Shown piece after piece: positions 28,977-41,186 of a DNA stretch of 64,000 nucleotides. Origin of the DNA: Trichosphaerium sp. ATCC 40318 (Eukaryota > Protista > Tubulinea); the NCBI GenBank assembly GCA_038496445.1, contig JALMLS010000562.1, forward strand, positions 203,303 to 267,302, in the 5' to 3' direction. The first letter of the stretch is position 1; each line of letters starts with the position of its first letter. The notes under the pieces were generated by a model. That model did not search any database, was not told the origin of the DNA, and was given only the letters and a program-made list of their open reading frames with translations. A program made the translations under genes and the position numbers.

Positions 28977-30606
28977 CTACTTTAACTCCTTAGCCTTCTT
29001 TTTTAATCCCAGGGCGCGTTTAATATTTGATTCAATTCCGTAGGCGTTTTGATACTCTTCAAGTTCTTGAATGTGCAATGCAACACCCAGTACAAAAATG
29101 TCAGGATCATAGTGAGGTAATCGCACGTCGTCGAAAATATCAAACCGCCACACCTTGTCCGATGTTCGCGCAATGTTATCAATAATCTAGTGACATTCGT
29201 GAGCTAAAAAAAATTCTTGTTCAAGACAAGGAATGGCGCACTCTGTAGAGAAAATTTGATTGGCAATTAGCCTTTGCCAGTATCAAGTTGGGAGGTGGCG
29301 GCGAGCCACCAGGCCTCCAAAGTTGTGACCAGAACATCCTAGCTATTTGCAATTATTAGCAACTTGACATGTATTGATTGCTACTACATACTAATGAATG
29401 CTGTGCTATGTGTGTACCCCTGAATCATAGGGACAGAGTCTGTAGGATCTGTGATGATGTATCTGGAAATGTCAGTCAAATTGCACTTACTTAAAAAACG
29501 CAATTCTGAATAAAGAAATTGTGATTGCTTGGTTCGTACTTTGAAGGTCGCCCAGTTTCTTTATCTACAATAGAATAAATGTGCCCAAGAACCTCTCCTG
29601 AAGGCTACCGAAAGCGTTACAATTAACAAAGACGGACAAGCAGTACCCGTTTTATCTGACTTCCGTGTCGTCTTCTAAAAATTGACAACACAGTCTGTCC
29701 ATTCCTCACGCAATGCAACTCCTCAAAATTCACCATATAACACGTGGATAAACCAGCGCGATCCCATGTCGGGAGAGGACCAATATTTTTTCGCAGTCGT
29801 ATTTCTAGTGGGATAGGCCAATAGCAATCAAGAAGGCACTTAGCGTTTGAATTTGTGTGAAGATATGTTTCATGTTCAAAGTGGCGGTCTTGTCCTACTG
29901 GAATCTCATCTGCTTCAAACTTCTGTGGATACGGCGTTCTACCTTCAAGCCACTTTACCGAATGTTATTTTATTTAACGCACGTGATTCTTTGACGTACT
30001 TGTGTCAATCCCCATTTGTGCATGAAGTGTTCCACTTGAGCTTTGCCAGCACTTGCCCTGAACATTGAAACACTTCCTGTTCTACAAAAGTGTTCATACT
30101 CCTCTTTGTATGCAAAGTTTTCTGCCGGTAAATAGAATCCTTCTGATCCTGTGTACTTTGGTCTTGATCTGTAACGGTATGCTAGAGGATCTACAACATC
30201 ACCATCTTGTGTCATCCCATTAACAACTTTACCCCTTCGCGAATTAATGAGTGTCTGTTACAACAGTAAGCACTTGACCAATGTATTTCGTTTCAAACAG
30301 TGTCTACGTGCCTCGTACGCTTTCTTCAACTCGATGAAATGGCTCTCTGCATCTTTACGCTTGCTAATGTCCGGATGGTATTTTTTAGCTCTCTGTTGAG
30401 CGTCAGCAAGTGAATGGTAGTAAATGGCGTACCTTAAAGAACGCAGACTTTATTTCCGCAGGTGTTGCGCCTCGTTCAACGCCAATAACCTCATAAGGGT
30501 CCTTCTTGGCGCCCCATGTGTGACATGTACGTAACTTTACACATCGTCGCTTTTGCGCTGCATGTGAAGTGAATAATGTACGTCCAATAACATTTGTACG
30601 CAACAT
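28977..30606 (-). CDS. DnaJ-domain protein, probably mitochondrial, with an uncharacterised C-terminal region
   Basis: Presequence-like start; [31 protein letters not shown]...FIELKKAYETL. Confidence 0.85.
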
Positions 30607-30738
30607 TAGGTGACTGCCACACCAACCACTGCAGCCATTTGTCAACCGCATTCTTGCTGTTTTTTTTTTTGTTTTTGCTCAATTTCTTCATACAGAAAAC
30701 TGTTTAATAGTGGAGTCGCTCATTATCGCCCACTAATA

Positions 30739-31671
30739 ATGGAGGAGGATATTCAGGCGCTAGGTACGTAAACAAGACATTTTTACATGAGGTTTGCCTA
30801 ATGCTGTGTAGAGTCTATATATGAAGATGATTTCTACGGTACGGAGCTTTGAAAGGGTCCTTACGCTTATTCAGAACAGAAACAGATAAACCTGGTTATT
30901 ATCGCTTGGCTCTCTCCTCTGAAGAAACAGAGCAATGTACTGGCGAAAAAACATCAATTAAAACTAACATCTTTTTAGCTGTAATCATCGAATTTTCTTT
31001 TGGCGACGGTTAGCGACAGGATTTGACACCTTTCATTATCTTAATACGCACATAGGTTACCCCGATGAAGCACCTTTGCTTTCTATAATGCAGGCAAAAA
31101 CAAACCCACTTTCAAAAGCACAATGCCAAGAGTTATTAAAAAAATTACAAGAGATGGTTCGTGTCACTCGATGTTACTCTTTCATTTATCTAACGTATAC
31201 GCCAATAGGCAGAAGAAGAACTTGGTGAACCAATGATGTGCAACATTGCTATGGAAGCAGAGAGCTATTTAAATGAGCAAGATGAAGATGAAACGGGAGC
31301 TGCCGAAGAACAAGACATTGACGAACTACCGGAGAGAGATGAAGATCTGCCTGAATCCAACTTGGGTACACCTGTCACCAAGGAAAGCTTTGCAGAGTGG
31401 CGACGAGAATTTGACATGGAACGAGCAGCGCTTAAAGCATCACAAGTAAAACAACAAAAGAAAAAAGATAAGACACCAAATATTACAGGCAAAGCGTTCT
31501 TTTTGGCGCAGTTCGGGTTAGAAGGCAAAGTAGAGAAACCTCGTATACAATGGGGAATATTCGTTGACGAGCTGTACGACACCGCAGGTAAATTCTTACC
31601 ACTGACGTGCTAAGTGCCTGTCAAAATAAAAAACAAAATGCAATTAAAAAAATACGCGCTATTCAGTGTAA
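30739..31671 (+). CDS. RWDD1: RWD-domain protein (RWDD1/Gir2-like)
   Basis: EDIQALESIY, YPDEAP, LGEPMM, GTPVTKESFAEWRREF, TGKAFF. Confidence 0.85.
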
Positions 31672-31823
31672 GAATTTCGTAAAATAACTTGGGCATGGTA
31701 CATATTACGTATGGAGCGTTGTAAAAGACAACAAGGCCCAAAATTCAGAAAAAATGCTCAAAGACGACTTAACTGTCCTAACCTTAACGTGGTCATATCG
31801 ATCGGTATCCAATCTCACCACAA

Positions 31824-32550
31824 ATGCCAGCTCGCACAAGAAGATGTGCGTGTAGAATATTAGCGTAATACGTTTACTTATAGGACTTAGCAAGGTCATC
31901 TCAGCCATCGAAGCAAAAAAAGGCTCACTTTCTTGCCAAAGGTCAAGACCGCTACAAGCGTATGTCTATTAACCTTTCTCGTGACTTGAGAAAAAAATAT
32001 GGGGTGCGTATTTGCGAAAAACAACATAACACGCGCCAATTACGTTGTTGTGGAGACTCACGCACTTTGGGAAGAAAAAGCCCTGCTCTTCACAAAATTA
32101 TTGTAGTTTTGTTACTTACTTGTGTTTTAGTGCCGTTCTTTGCCTGTGCGTAAAGGCGATGAAGTTATTGTACAACGTGGTCAGTTCAAGAACCGTGAAG
32201 GCCGTGTAATCAATGTATACCGTTTGAAATACTGCATCTACATTGAGAAACTCACAAGAGACAAAGCTAATGGTACGGCAGCGCGCCTCCTTCAAAAATT
32301 CGCATTAAATTGTTTTTTTTGTTTTTTTTCGTTTTGTGCGCTACTATACGCAATAAACAAGCACTAATAACTGATTTTAGGTCAACAATACGCTGTCCCA
32401 GTTCACCCATCTAACTGCGTTCTCTCCAAACTAAAGCTTACACGTTCTCGTGAGGTTATCCTTGAAAGGAAAAAGGGTGCCGGTGATGTTAAAGGAGAAA
32501 TACACGAACAACAAGAAACCGAAGATGTTGCCATGTCAACTGTAGATTAA
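31824..32550 (+). CDS. RPL26: 60S ribosomal protein L26 (uL24)
   Basis: KAHF...[48 protein letters not shown]. Confidence 0.95.
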
Positions 32551-32822
32551 ACTTCAATTTTTGTCGCCAATAAAATATACCGATGTACCTTTGCAAACAA
32601 TTCTCTACTCTCCTACCCACCTGCAACATTTGTGCCTATGTACATTGCAGTGTACACCAAAAGTTTTTTTGTTGAAATGGCCTTTTAAAGAAGGGTTCAG
32701 TCTTGTACCGTTAAATAGTAAGTATGGTCCAATCTTGGGCTGCTCATTGAACCAGAGAAGGCGCGCAGACATTCGAAAGCGTTTTTGGAAGTACTTTGAC
32801 TTACATTTCTGAGAAACGCGAC

Positions 32823-33333
32823 ATGCAAAGGAGAGGAAGAAAAAGGCGATTGGATGATACCACAATCTCTCCTGAGAGACGCCATTTTCGTCCTAGGAAG
32901 AATATTAGGAAGGATAACCAAGCAATTTACGGTATTTCTAACCGTTAATTAACACAACGCTCTAAAACCAAATAGAAAGAACCCTGGCTAAGTTAAGAAA
33001 GGCCCAAAAGCCAAAACAGTCTTTTAGGTTTCCCGCTGTCAACACGCCAATGTTTGGTGGCGAAACTTGTCGTATATGCACAAACACACGCTCTTCAAGC
33101 GTTTCTTGCTCATTCTGCGATAAAAGGGCTTGTTCTAGTTGTACTGGTACCTGCGTCACTTGTAATGAACATTTTTGCCCTGTGTGTAGCGTCACACTGT
33201 ATCCTAAGCGTTCTAGCTGTTTTATTCTTTTTTAAATCTGTAACTTTTATTTTCTTAACAAAATAGCTATCAATCGTGTGGTGATGTTACGATGTGTCTA
33301 GATTGCCACGCCGAAAATCGCGAAAATTTGTAG
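32823..33333 (+). CDS. SIVA-like Cys-rich zinc-finger protein
   Basis: Helix IYERTLAKL plus C-terminal CRIC...CSFCDKRACSSCTGTCVTCNEHFCPVCS...MCLDC, the Siva-family cysteine pattern. Confidence 0.7.
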
Positions 33334-33660
33334 CGAAATTGATCACCCCTGTAAAACAAGCTGTACATAAAATTGATAAAACAACCCATCCACCTTTAAT
33401 TTGACTTGATTTTTGCAAATCCATTGCCTGTAATAGAGTACCAATGCTGTGGCATATCTGTAACTTGTAAACTGACAAATTCTGTAAAAGAAATTTACGT
33501 AATGGCTAAATCAATATGTTTATTACAAGTTTTGTAAGTTGTAAATTCCGTGTTCGTCTCCGTTCAGTGTGATTTTGGTTTGTTACAATGTAGTCTGATT
33601 TGTTTGTACATGCGATCTTGATTGAGAGTTAAAGTTATCTCATTTCATTCTTCAATGATT

Positions 33661-36073
33661 TTAGTTGTCTTGGCAAGCAGCCAGCAGTGGTGGACGGTCC
33701 TGTTTTGATAGGATAATATTACAAGATTCATTACCACGCCACGCGGATAGCAACTGACGCTGATCACCTAGCATGAGTACAAACACACAACAACCGTATG
33801 CTACACTTGGTTAAGAATTATTGGTAAAAAAAATACTTACTTTGATTTTCTAGTTGTTCACGTGTTTCCTTGTCGAACTGAAGGAACTTTGGATGCTTTT
33901 CGGTTAGCAGCAGAATTGCGTCTTTTTTTGTAATAGTCACTACTCTTTTCGTAAGGAAAGGGTATAATACATTTAATCCTGAAGGTTCAATCCGGTAGTC
34001 ACAATTGTCTTGCAGTGAACCATCGATTCGTTTAAATAAGCAAATACCAACTCTGAAAACCTGAATATTGTGACGTGTCAATGGTGATACAAAGATAGCG
34101 TCAAAACAGACAAAACGCACATTTATATTGAGTTGCGTAATGAGGTCGGATGTTCCTTTAGACATTATATAAAGCTTTTTTTTGCCAGCTGAAGACGTCA
34201 ATAGTTGTGTATTTGGGAAGTCGTCCTTTATGCCATAGAACTTTCTGAGATTTTTGTTACAAATTGGATGAGGTGAGCCAAAGCGTACTTGATTCTTAGC
34301 CATATTGGATCAATACCAGCAGAGTAAGGAATGAAATCAAAACTACCTTGCGCTTTGTGAGTGGGTGTTTCAGTGTCGCGTAATTTGGTTTCTATTGGTG
34401 CTACAGACGGCAACTTTTCGATAATTGCAACAAAGAAGCCACCAGTATTTTGTTTATGAGGTAAAACTCGAATACTAGAAAGTCGTTATCAGTACAAACT
34501 CCCGATCAAAGTATGCAATAGAAGTTAGTTGGACCTACCAATGTTTGAGCTCTGGCATTTCTTTTGTTGGAGGAAACAAAGACGCTGGATAATGTTGCTT
34601 CGCAATATCAGGAACTTCTTCAAACTTACTAAAGAGTTTATCTTTCATTGGTACCTAGAACAGTTACACTTCTGATTCCTTCAAAACTTGAATTCACAAT
34701 TACTTACCTTCCAGCTTGTGAGTCCTTTTTCATATAATAATCCTTTGAGGTATGGTGTTGGATCGACTAATCTTATTTGCCCTAAATTGTTGTTGGATAA
34801 TTTTTCTTAGCATTGTTCACCGTGCCTTCGAACTCTGCTAGAGTGGATGCGACTACTGATTCATCTTCAATTGGGTTCAGAGAACATGTAGAGTATACAA
34901 TACGTCCAGAAGGTTTTAAGAGGTCAATGCCTCTATGAAGTATTTTCTTTTGTAACAAATGAAGATCATGTCCTTTTTTTACAGTCCACTTCTTCCACAA
35001 GTCTGGGTTCTTCCTTATGGTACCGTCTCCTGAGCATGGTACATCTGCAAGTACTCGATCGAACACCTGGCGGCCAGGAAATAGTGCTGCATTGTGCGCA
35101 GTAATAACGCGAAGGGGTGTTTTCTGTTTAGCTGTTTGTGTGTCCAGTATGTTACAACGCTTTTTGTTTATGTCGTTGGCAACTACAGCTCCCCCAAGTA
35201 AGTCCTTTGATTCATCCTCGTTTCGTAACATATTTATAATTTGTGTTGTCTTTGAACCTTTGGTAATTTATGTTATCTAACACATTTCTTTAGAGCACGT
35301 GTAAATTACCTGGTGCTGCGCACATATCAAGTACTCTATGTCCAGGCTTCACATCTAGACAAAGAGGAGGAAGCATCGATACTGCTTCTTGACGTACAAT
35401 GCTGCCTTTGCTCGCGAGCTCAATCAATAATGAGCGAAATTCCTTTAAACCTTCACAGTTTTTAAGAGTTTTTTTAGAGGCATTGCAAACCCAAGCCCCA
35501 GAATCTGGATACCTACACGTAGGTAAGAGCTAAGCACCATAGCTGGTAAGGTAAATGTAAGTTGACACATACCATGGGAGAGGTTGAGGAGGTGGTATGA
35601 CTTTGCCTTCATGTTCAATTGTTCCCCACTTCAGACTTTTAATGCGATCTATGACATGCTTACTAGTTGATTTGTTTGCAATTCTGAAAGTGGTAGGAAG
35701 CTAAATTGAATGTCATGTCATCAACAATTTATTTTTTAATTACCCTTGTTTATGATTAGCTCAATCGATGTAAAATACCGTGTATACGCGTACCTGTCCT
35801 TTAGAATGCCCATAAATGTGGTAAATTCGCTTTCCTAACCAGAATTAGATTTAATGTCTTTTTAACGTAGTCAAGCATTATGTTCGTGCCTCTACTATGC
35901 CTTGCGCCTACAAATACGTTAATTATTGGTTGTACTCAACCACTTACCTTGTAATATGCCTCAAACTTCTCATTTTCGTATACAAACTCAGTCCAGGTGC
36001 CTCTTCTCGTTGTTTCGTTTTCTTTTAGTTTTTTGGCTGGTGCTGAGCCCTCCATATTGTCCTTTCGTTTCAT
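33661..36073 (-). CDS. NSUN2: tRNA m5C methyltransferase NSUN2/Trm4
   Basis: RQEAVSMLPP, VLDMCAAPGSKT, FDRVLADVPCSGDGTIRK, VYSTCSLNPIEDE, PHKQNTGGFF; apparent 1-nt indel near 33723. Confidence 0.95.
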
Positions 36074-36201
36074 TACTCGCTATGCAAACGTCTCAAATAA
36101 TATAAACAATCGCTGTGTTGACCGTTATGAGAAAAATCGCAATACAAAAAAAGAATATTTATTTCTACGCTCTACAAAAAAAAATTGTGACAACCTGGTT
36201 T

Positions 36202-37547
36202 TTACATAGAAAAGCTTATTTTGCTTCTTGCGTTGCTTGTATTAAGGAGCTTCTCTTTTCGTTTTTCCTCTTCCATTTTTTCTAAGAGTTCCTTGTACCT
36301 AGCCTCGTCTTCTCGTCGCTTTTGGTCAACCTAATGGAACGTGAGTGAATGACAGTCTTACTACGGTGCTTTTTTTTTTTTCAGCTATTGCATGATGTTA
36401 GGGGTCGGCCATATTTTCATCCCATTTCGTCACGTGTAGGCAAGTTTACTCTCAGTCACGATATTTTGGCAATTTTAAAATTTTGGTGTAGTTGTTTCAC
36501 ATGACAAGTCAAGAACTTCAAAATAAGGCAAGTAACCGAATAAATGTGTACCCGTTCGAGTTCTGCCCTCTCCAACTCTTTCTTGCGCTCTTCATTAAGT
36601 TTTACTTGCTGTTTAGCAAGAGTCTCTTGTTGTAACTTTATCTTTTTTTCATTTTCTTCTATAATTTTGTCCAAGTCTTGTTTCGCTTTTATTCGCTCTT
36701 GGATTGCCTCTTCCTTTTGAAGAAATGTGAGAAAACAGAAAATGAGTTTGCACTTTGTACCTGTTGTTTACGTACTTCGTCTATAATTTGTTGGCGCTGT
36801 TGTTCTGTTTCTTTTAGCACCCATTGCTTTATGTTTTGCATGTCTTTTGCGATAGATTGTTTGACATCTAATACAAATTTTGGGGACGAAATGATCTGTT
36901 CGAACTTGTCTTTGATGAGTTGCTCAAACTGTAACGTTGTCCGTTCGTTGAATAACTCTTGCTCCATTTGTACACGTTTTCTAAAAGCTGTTACAATCTT
37001 TTTTTTTGGTGAAATAGAGAAACTTCTCTGCTGGCTTTTTGTGTTGGTTTATTCTCTTGTTACGGTTTATTAGCACTACGTACTCTGTTAACCGCTCCTT
37101 GGTTGCTGGTGACAAGCTTCGTGGTTTCTGTACTTTGACTTTCGCAGGAGAACGACTGGGAGAAGCCCTTCGCCTACGTTTGCGTCTTCCACGCGATTTA
37201 TCTCGTGTACTTGACCTACTTCGTCTTTTGCTCCTTCTATTGTAAACCTTAGGTCTGTTTTCGAGTGTAGTTTGTACAATACAACAAACGAGAATCTTCA
37301 AGATGTAACGCGGTTTAATTTTCTACCAAAGGCCTGCTACGTCACATAGCCAATGAAAGAAGGTAAATAAACGCTTTTTTTTTGTACATCTGACGCTGAA
37401 CCAACTGGTGGCGTTTTGTTTGCCCCGCGTTAATGTAGAAAGTACTGCATACCCAAAACGATCTCTACGAGTTCGGCTTCTAGAGCGCGACCTGGAGCGT
37501 GAATAAGAACGTGATCTTGATCTCGACCTAGACGGCGAGCGAGGCAT
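36202..37547 (-). CDS. ARGLU1: Arginine- and glutamate-rich splicing regulator
   Basis: RS-repeat N-terminus, E/K/R coiled coil (LDKIIEENEKKI), C-terminal ARSKISFSM resembling the ARGLU1 SRPKLSF motif. Confidence 0.8.
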
Positions 37548-37895
37548 TGGTACACCTACCCAACCTGTAACAATTTGAATGATACGCGTGTTGACCAAAG
37601 TAGCAGTTATTATTGCAAATTGCATAAGGCAAGAAAGTAAAGCATCACAGTTTTCCTCCTCTTCGTTTGTCGGTTTGTTTTTGCCATTGCTGCAATGTTT
37701 TGTATTGCTTTTGGGGGTATGTGCCTCTTAGAGAGCATGGTTGAAAGGTAACAATGAGGTAAGTCCACGGGATATATTGATTAAGTTTGACGTTAGATAA
37801 TAAAATATCTTGAAGTTACAGTGCTAGCCAGTTGCTCAATCACACTTGTGCTTACGCTCAGTGAGCTATCATGGTGAGTAGTTATTATCACTTGC

Positions 37896-38040
37896 AATTG
37901 TAGTTATCACAGAGATGTCGAGGTTGCACAGAGGCAACCAAAGGAATTTCTGCAGCATCCCTGATAGTGCAATTACGTATTGTTCCTATTGAAAGGGCAC
38001 GTGGTACTTCATCATAGCACCACACTCTCACCAATAGCGA
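37896..38040 (-). ncRNA. Candidate intronic box H/ACA snoRNA
   Basis: Hairpin (CTATTG/CAATAG; GTGGTGCT/AGTACCAC), H box ACAATA, second hairpin (GGGATG/CATCTC; GGTTGC/GCAACC), ACA+3 nt; ~143 nt; flanked by a GTACGG donor and a CTCAC...TAG acceptor. Confidence 0.45.
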
Positions 38041-38171
38041 TACTTCAAATCACCGTACCTCATTTAGTACCTGTAATTTGTGAACCGTCGTACACGGAGA
38101 ACGACTAGGCTAAACTACAAAATGGTTTATTTACAGTATTTACAACGTTAAAAAATTGCGAAGGCTCCGGT

Positions 38172-38452
38172 TCAAACGTAAAAAATAACGTCCGTTAGAA
38201 CATTGCCAACACGCTCGTTAATCTCCTGCGAAGTGCCTCCCGAAAGGTGCTTAGGCGTTGACAGTCGTGTGGTAGGGAGCTAGAACGCGTTAACAACGCT
38301 GTAAAAAAATTGGCACTATTACCCCTTTAGGTTTTTGTGTGGTGCGAGCATCTCTGGAAAACATAGTCCCTATGAGCGAGCTACGCCACATCTTTGGTTT
38401 TCTGTTAGTAAAAACGAAAATGGTACAAAACTACTCACTGTACGGTATGCAT
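38172..38452 (-). CDS. Possible small spliced ORF (~66 aa)
   Basis: Canonical intron GTGAGT...ACTAACAG (38438-38402); exons can be joined to MHTVQKPKMWRSSL...LTDVIFYV*. Confidence 0.25.
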
Positions 38453-38861
38453 TGGATTGTGGTGCTTTTTGGCTCATTTTAGAATGTTTTGAACTCGAGT
38501 GCGTGGTTGTGGGAACAGAAAGCTGAACAGTGCAGGTGGTCAAATGAAAGTCAATGGTTTTTACAATTTTTTTTATTGTTCTTTAATGGCCATTATGTTG
38601 CCTAAAAAAGCGTGAATAGCACGTCGTTGAATGAGCTGTGCGTAGAAATGGAGAATGCTGCATCAGTACTTTCGTACGTTTGCCAAATAAGTCACTTGTG
38701 ATTGTTTGATTAAAACGCACGACATTTTTATTCACATCTAACGTTTACAAAATACTTGTCGTAGTACAGCTATACATAGGAGGTTTGTTACTACAAGTCA
38801 ATTACACATTTTTTTTTTCTGAGCTTTTCAAACGAACCCAAGAAAATTTCACTACAATTTA

Positions 38862-41186
38862 TTACAACTTTGCCATCTCATCATCACGCAAGCGCAACCA
38901 CTAGGGCGTAATTTAGAAGACGAAATAAAAAATTACTGTCAAAAAAATCTTACCTGCTTGTATTGCCTCAGATTTTGTGGATTGTACATTTCGAGAGCAA
39001 AAAATAGCAGAGTATCGGAATCGCGTTGCCTGCGAATGTGAGGTATCAACGCTATAAACAAAAAAGAATGAGTATTTTCACGTGATACATTTTTTCTTTT
39101 TTGAATTTAAAAATAGCTACAAAGACGGTTTGGTAGTAGTACCTTTGTACTTGCGCCAGAGAATCTTTTTCAAACTATTTCTATGGTACGATGTACCCAT
39201 AAAGTCAAGTAAATTGTCACAATCCTAAAAATGGTACATGAGCTATAAAAAATTCAAAAAAGAAAAGAATCAGATTTGTTTTCCCGTTTCTTACCCTCTC
39301 ATCATTTTCTACGCAACCACAACACGGTACGAGATTCCACGAGTGCGAAGGGCCGCTAGTTGTTATCAATTGTTCTTGCCATGATCCCAAGTCATCTTTT
39401 CGCAGTACTTTCAGGCGACAAATAGGACATCGTCCACCTCTACGCCCTTCATAAATGTCTTCCCATACCTTTTGGTAGCAGTAAGTAACGAGTATGCAGT
39501 ATCAGAGTAGTTTAATACGCACTCTTTGGCGTCTAGCTTCAGGACTTAGCCCAGCTGTGTCACGGCGCACTGTATCGAAGTAAGAGTTTGTCCCTTCGCT
39601 CGTTTCTGGGCTATTAGGTTGGCTAAACCCGACTTGTACTTGGCGCTCGATGTGGCCATAGAAATCTCCCGTCCTGACAACTTTGTGCTCTTTTTCTTTT
39701 CCCACAAGGGGAAGATCTGGGGTTTCTGATATGAAGTAAATATAGAGCATAACTAATAGATATGTATACGCACCACGGGGCATATGGGTGTGTAGCGGAC
39801 GGCGACCAGTACTAATGTCTGGACCACTTGTTTTTTTCATCATGTTAGATAGCTGTGCAACTTCTCTCGATGTTAATTCTACGGATTGTGCACGTATCAT
39901 TCGTCTCGTTGGCCTGTAACGATTAGCACGTGACATTTACTCTATGAGCGATACCTTCCAGATCGACCATGCTTAACTCGAGTTTTTGCTGCATCTCGAG
40001 ATTTGTGACGAACTATTCCATCTCTACGGTGTTTGTGCGATGAGTGTTCCCGTACTCTATGTTCTTTCTTGCGTCTCCCATCCTTTGATCTTGTAGTTGA
40101 ACCAACGTTGTGTTCTGTCCGTCGTCTTCTCCTTCCTTCACTGTGTCTACGTGTTCTTCTCTTGATATCACCCACTGGTGTAGGTTTGGAATCATGGTGT
40201 GCTTTTGGTTGTCCTCCGTTAGGTGTTCTGCGTGCTTGTCTTCTCTTATGTACTTCGTGATGTTGATCAACGGTAGTGGACGCCCTTTGTCGGCTCTCCC
40301 GTGGCTTCGGTATTTCTTTTTTGGGTGGCTTTTCTAGCTTTTCTGTCTTTTCAGGAGCTTCTCGTCTCTGCCAACTGTACATATCAGGTACAGGTTGTTT
40401 CGATTTTTCACAAGCGCCTTAAATTATTGGTTACTTACCACTTTGCTCGTGGTTCTGTTTTTCTTGCGTACGTTTCACTCTTGCTTTAAATTCACCGGTT
40501 AATTCTTCCTTCCAAAATACACTAGGTTTTCCTTTGGGATTCACTGTGGCCATTGCACCCCGTTCTATCTGAAGGCAGTTTTAATAGAGTTCCTTTTTTT
40601 CTCAAGATTTCAAAAAAAAAAAAAAAAGGAGGTTGAGCAAAAAAAATGAGTACCAACGATATGGCCGCGTCATATTGATCGTTTAATATGGCTAAGTGCA
40701 AAGGCTAAGATAATGAGTAAATTAATACAACTGGTCGGAGGTGTAACAAAAAAAGCCTTCAAAAATCACGTGATCACTAGCGTTTCGTTTGTTGTAGATG
40801 TAATTATTTAAATACGTACTGTGTAATTCTCATTGTCGGGCATATCGAGGCTAAACTGCTTTGCTTTGTATTCCCCAGCTAAGAACTTGATCATTTTTAA
40901 CGCTCCCTAATGGTCTTTTGTAAGTATGTTATCATGTGAGCCCATTCGACTTACAGACATTGCAGCGATGTGTAGGAATGTTCTACCGTCATTATTTTTT
41001 GCTTTTAATCCAATACCTACACCAATCACGTTGAGAATTAAAAAACAAGTGGCGTTTCGTTTCTTTCTACCTTTGCTGAGCTGCTTCTTCATTGCGCTTA
41101 CTTTGTCTGTGGCTGGAAAGAATAATAATTGAGCAAAAGCTACTTGCGCCCTATGTTTGCGTACTTGGGATTTGCCATAGCTCCAT
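38862..41186 (-). CDS. Ankyrin-repeat protein with a basic linker and C-terminal HNH-like Zn domain
   Basis: NNDGRTFLHIAA, NYTPLHLAI; R/H-rich linker; RVWEDIYEGRRGGRCPIC...NLVPCCGC...NLLDFM. Confidence 0.75.

Noticed and set aside
33715-33730. Frameshift near the NSUN2 C-terminus
   Set aside because: Removing one base gives the expected WRGNESVNIILSK; likely an assembly indel
37900-37960. snR30/U17 m1 and m2 motifs
   Set aside because: Matches are partial and the m2-like segment is too far from the ACA box
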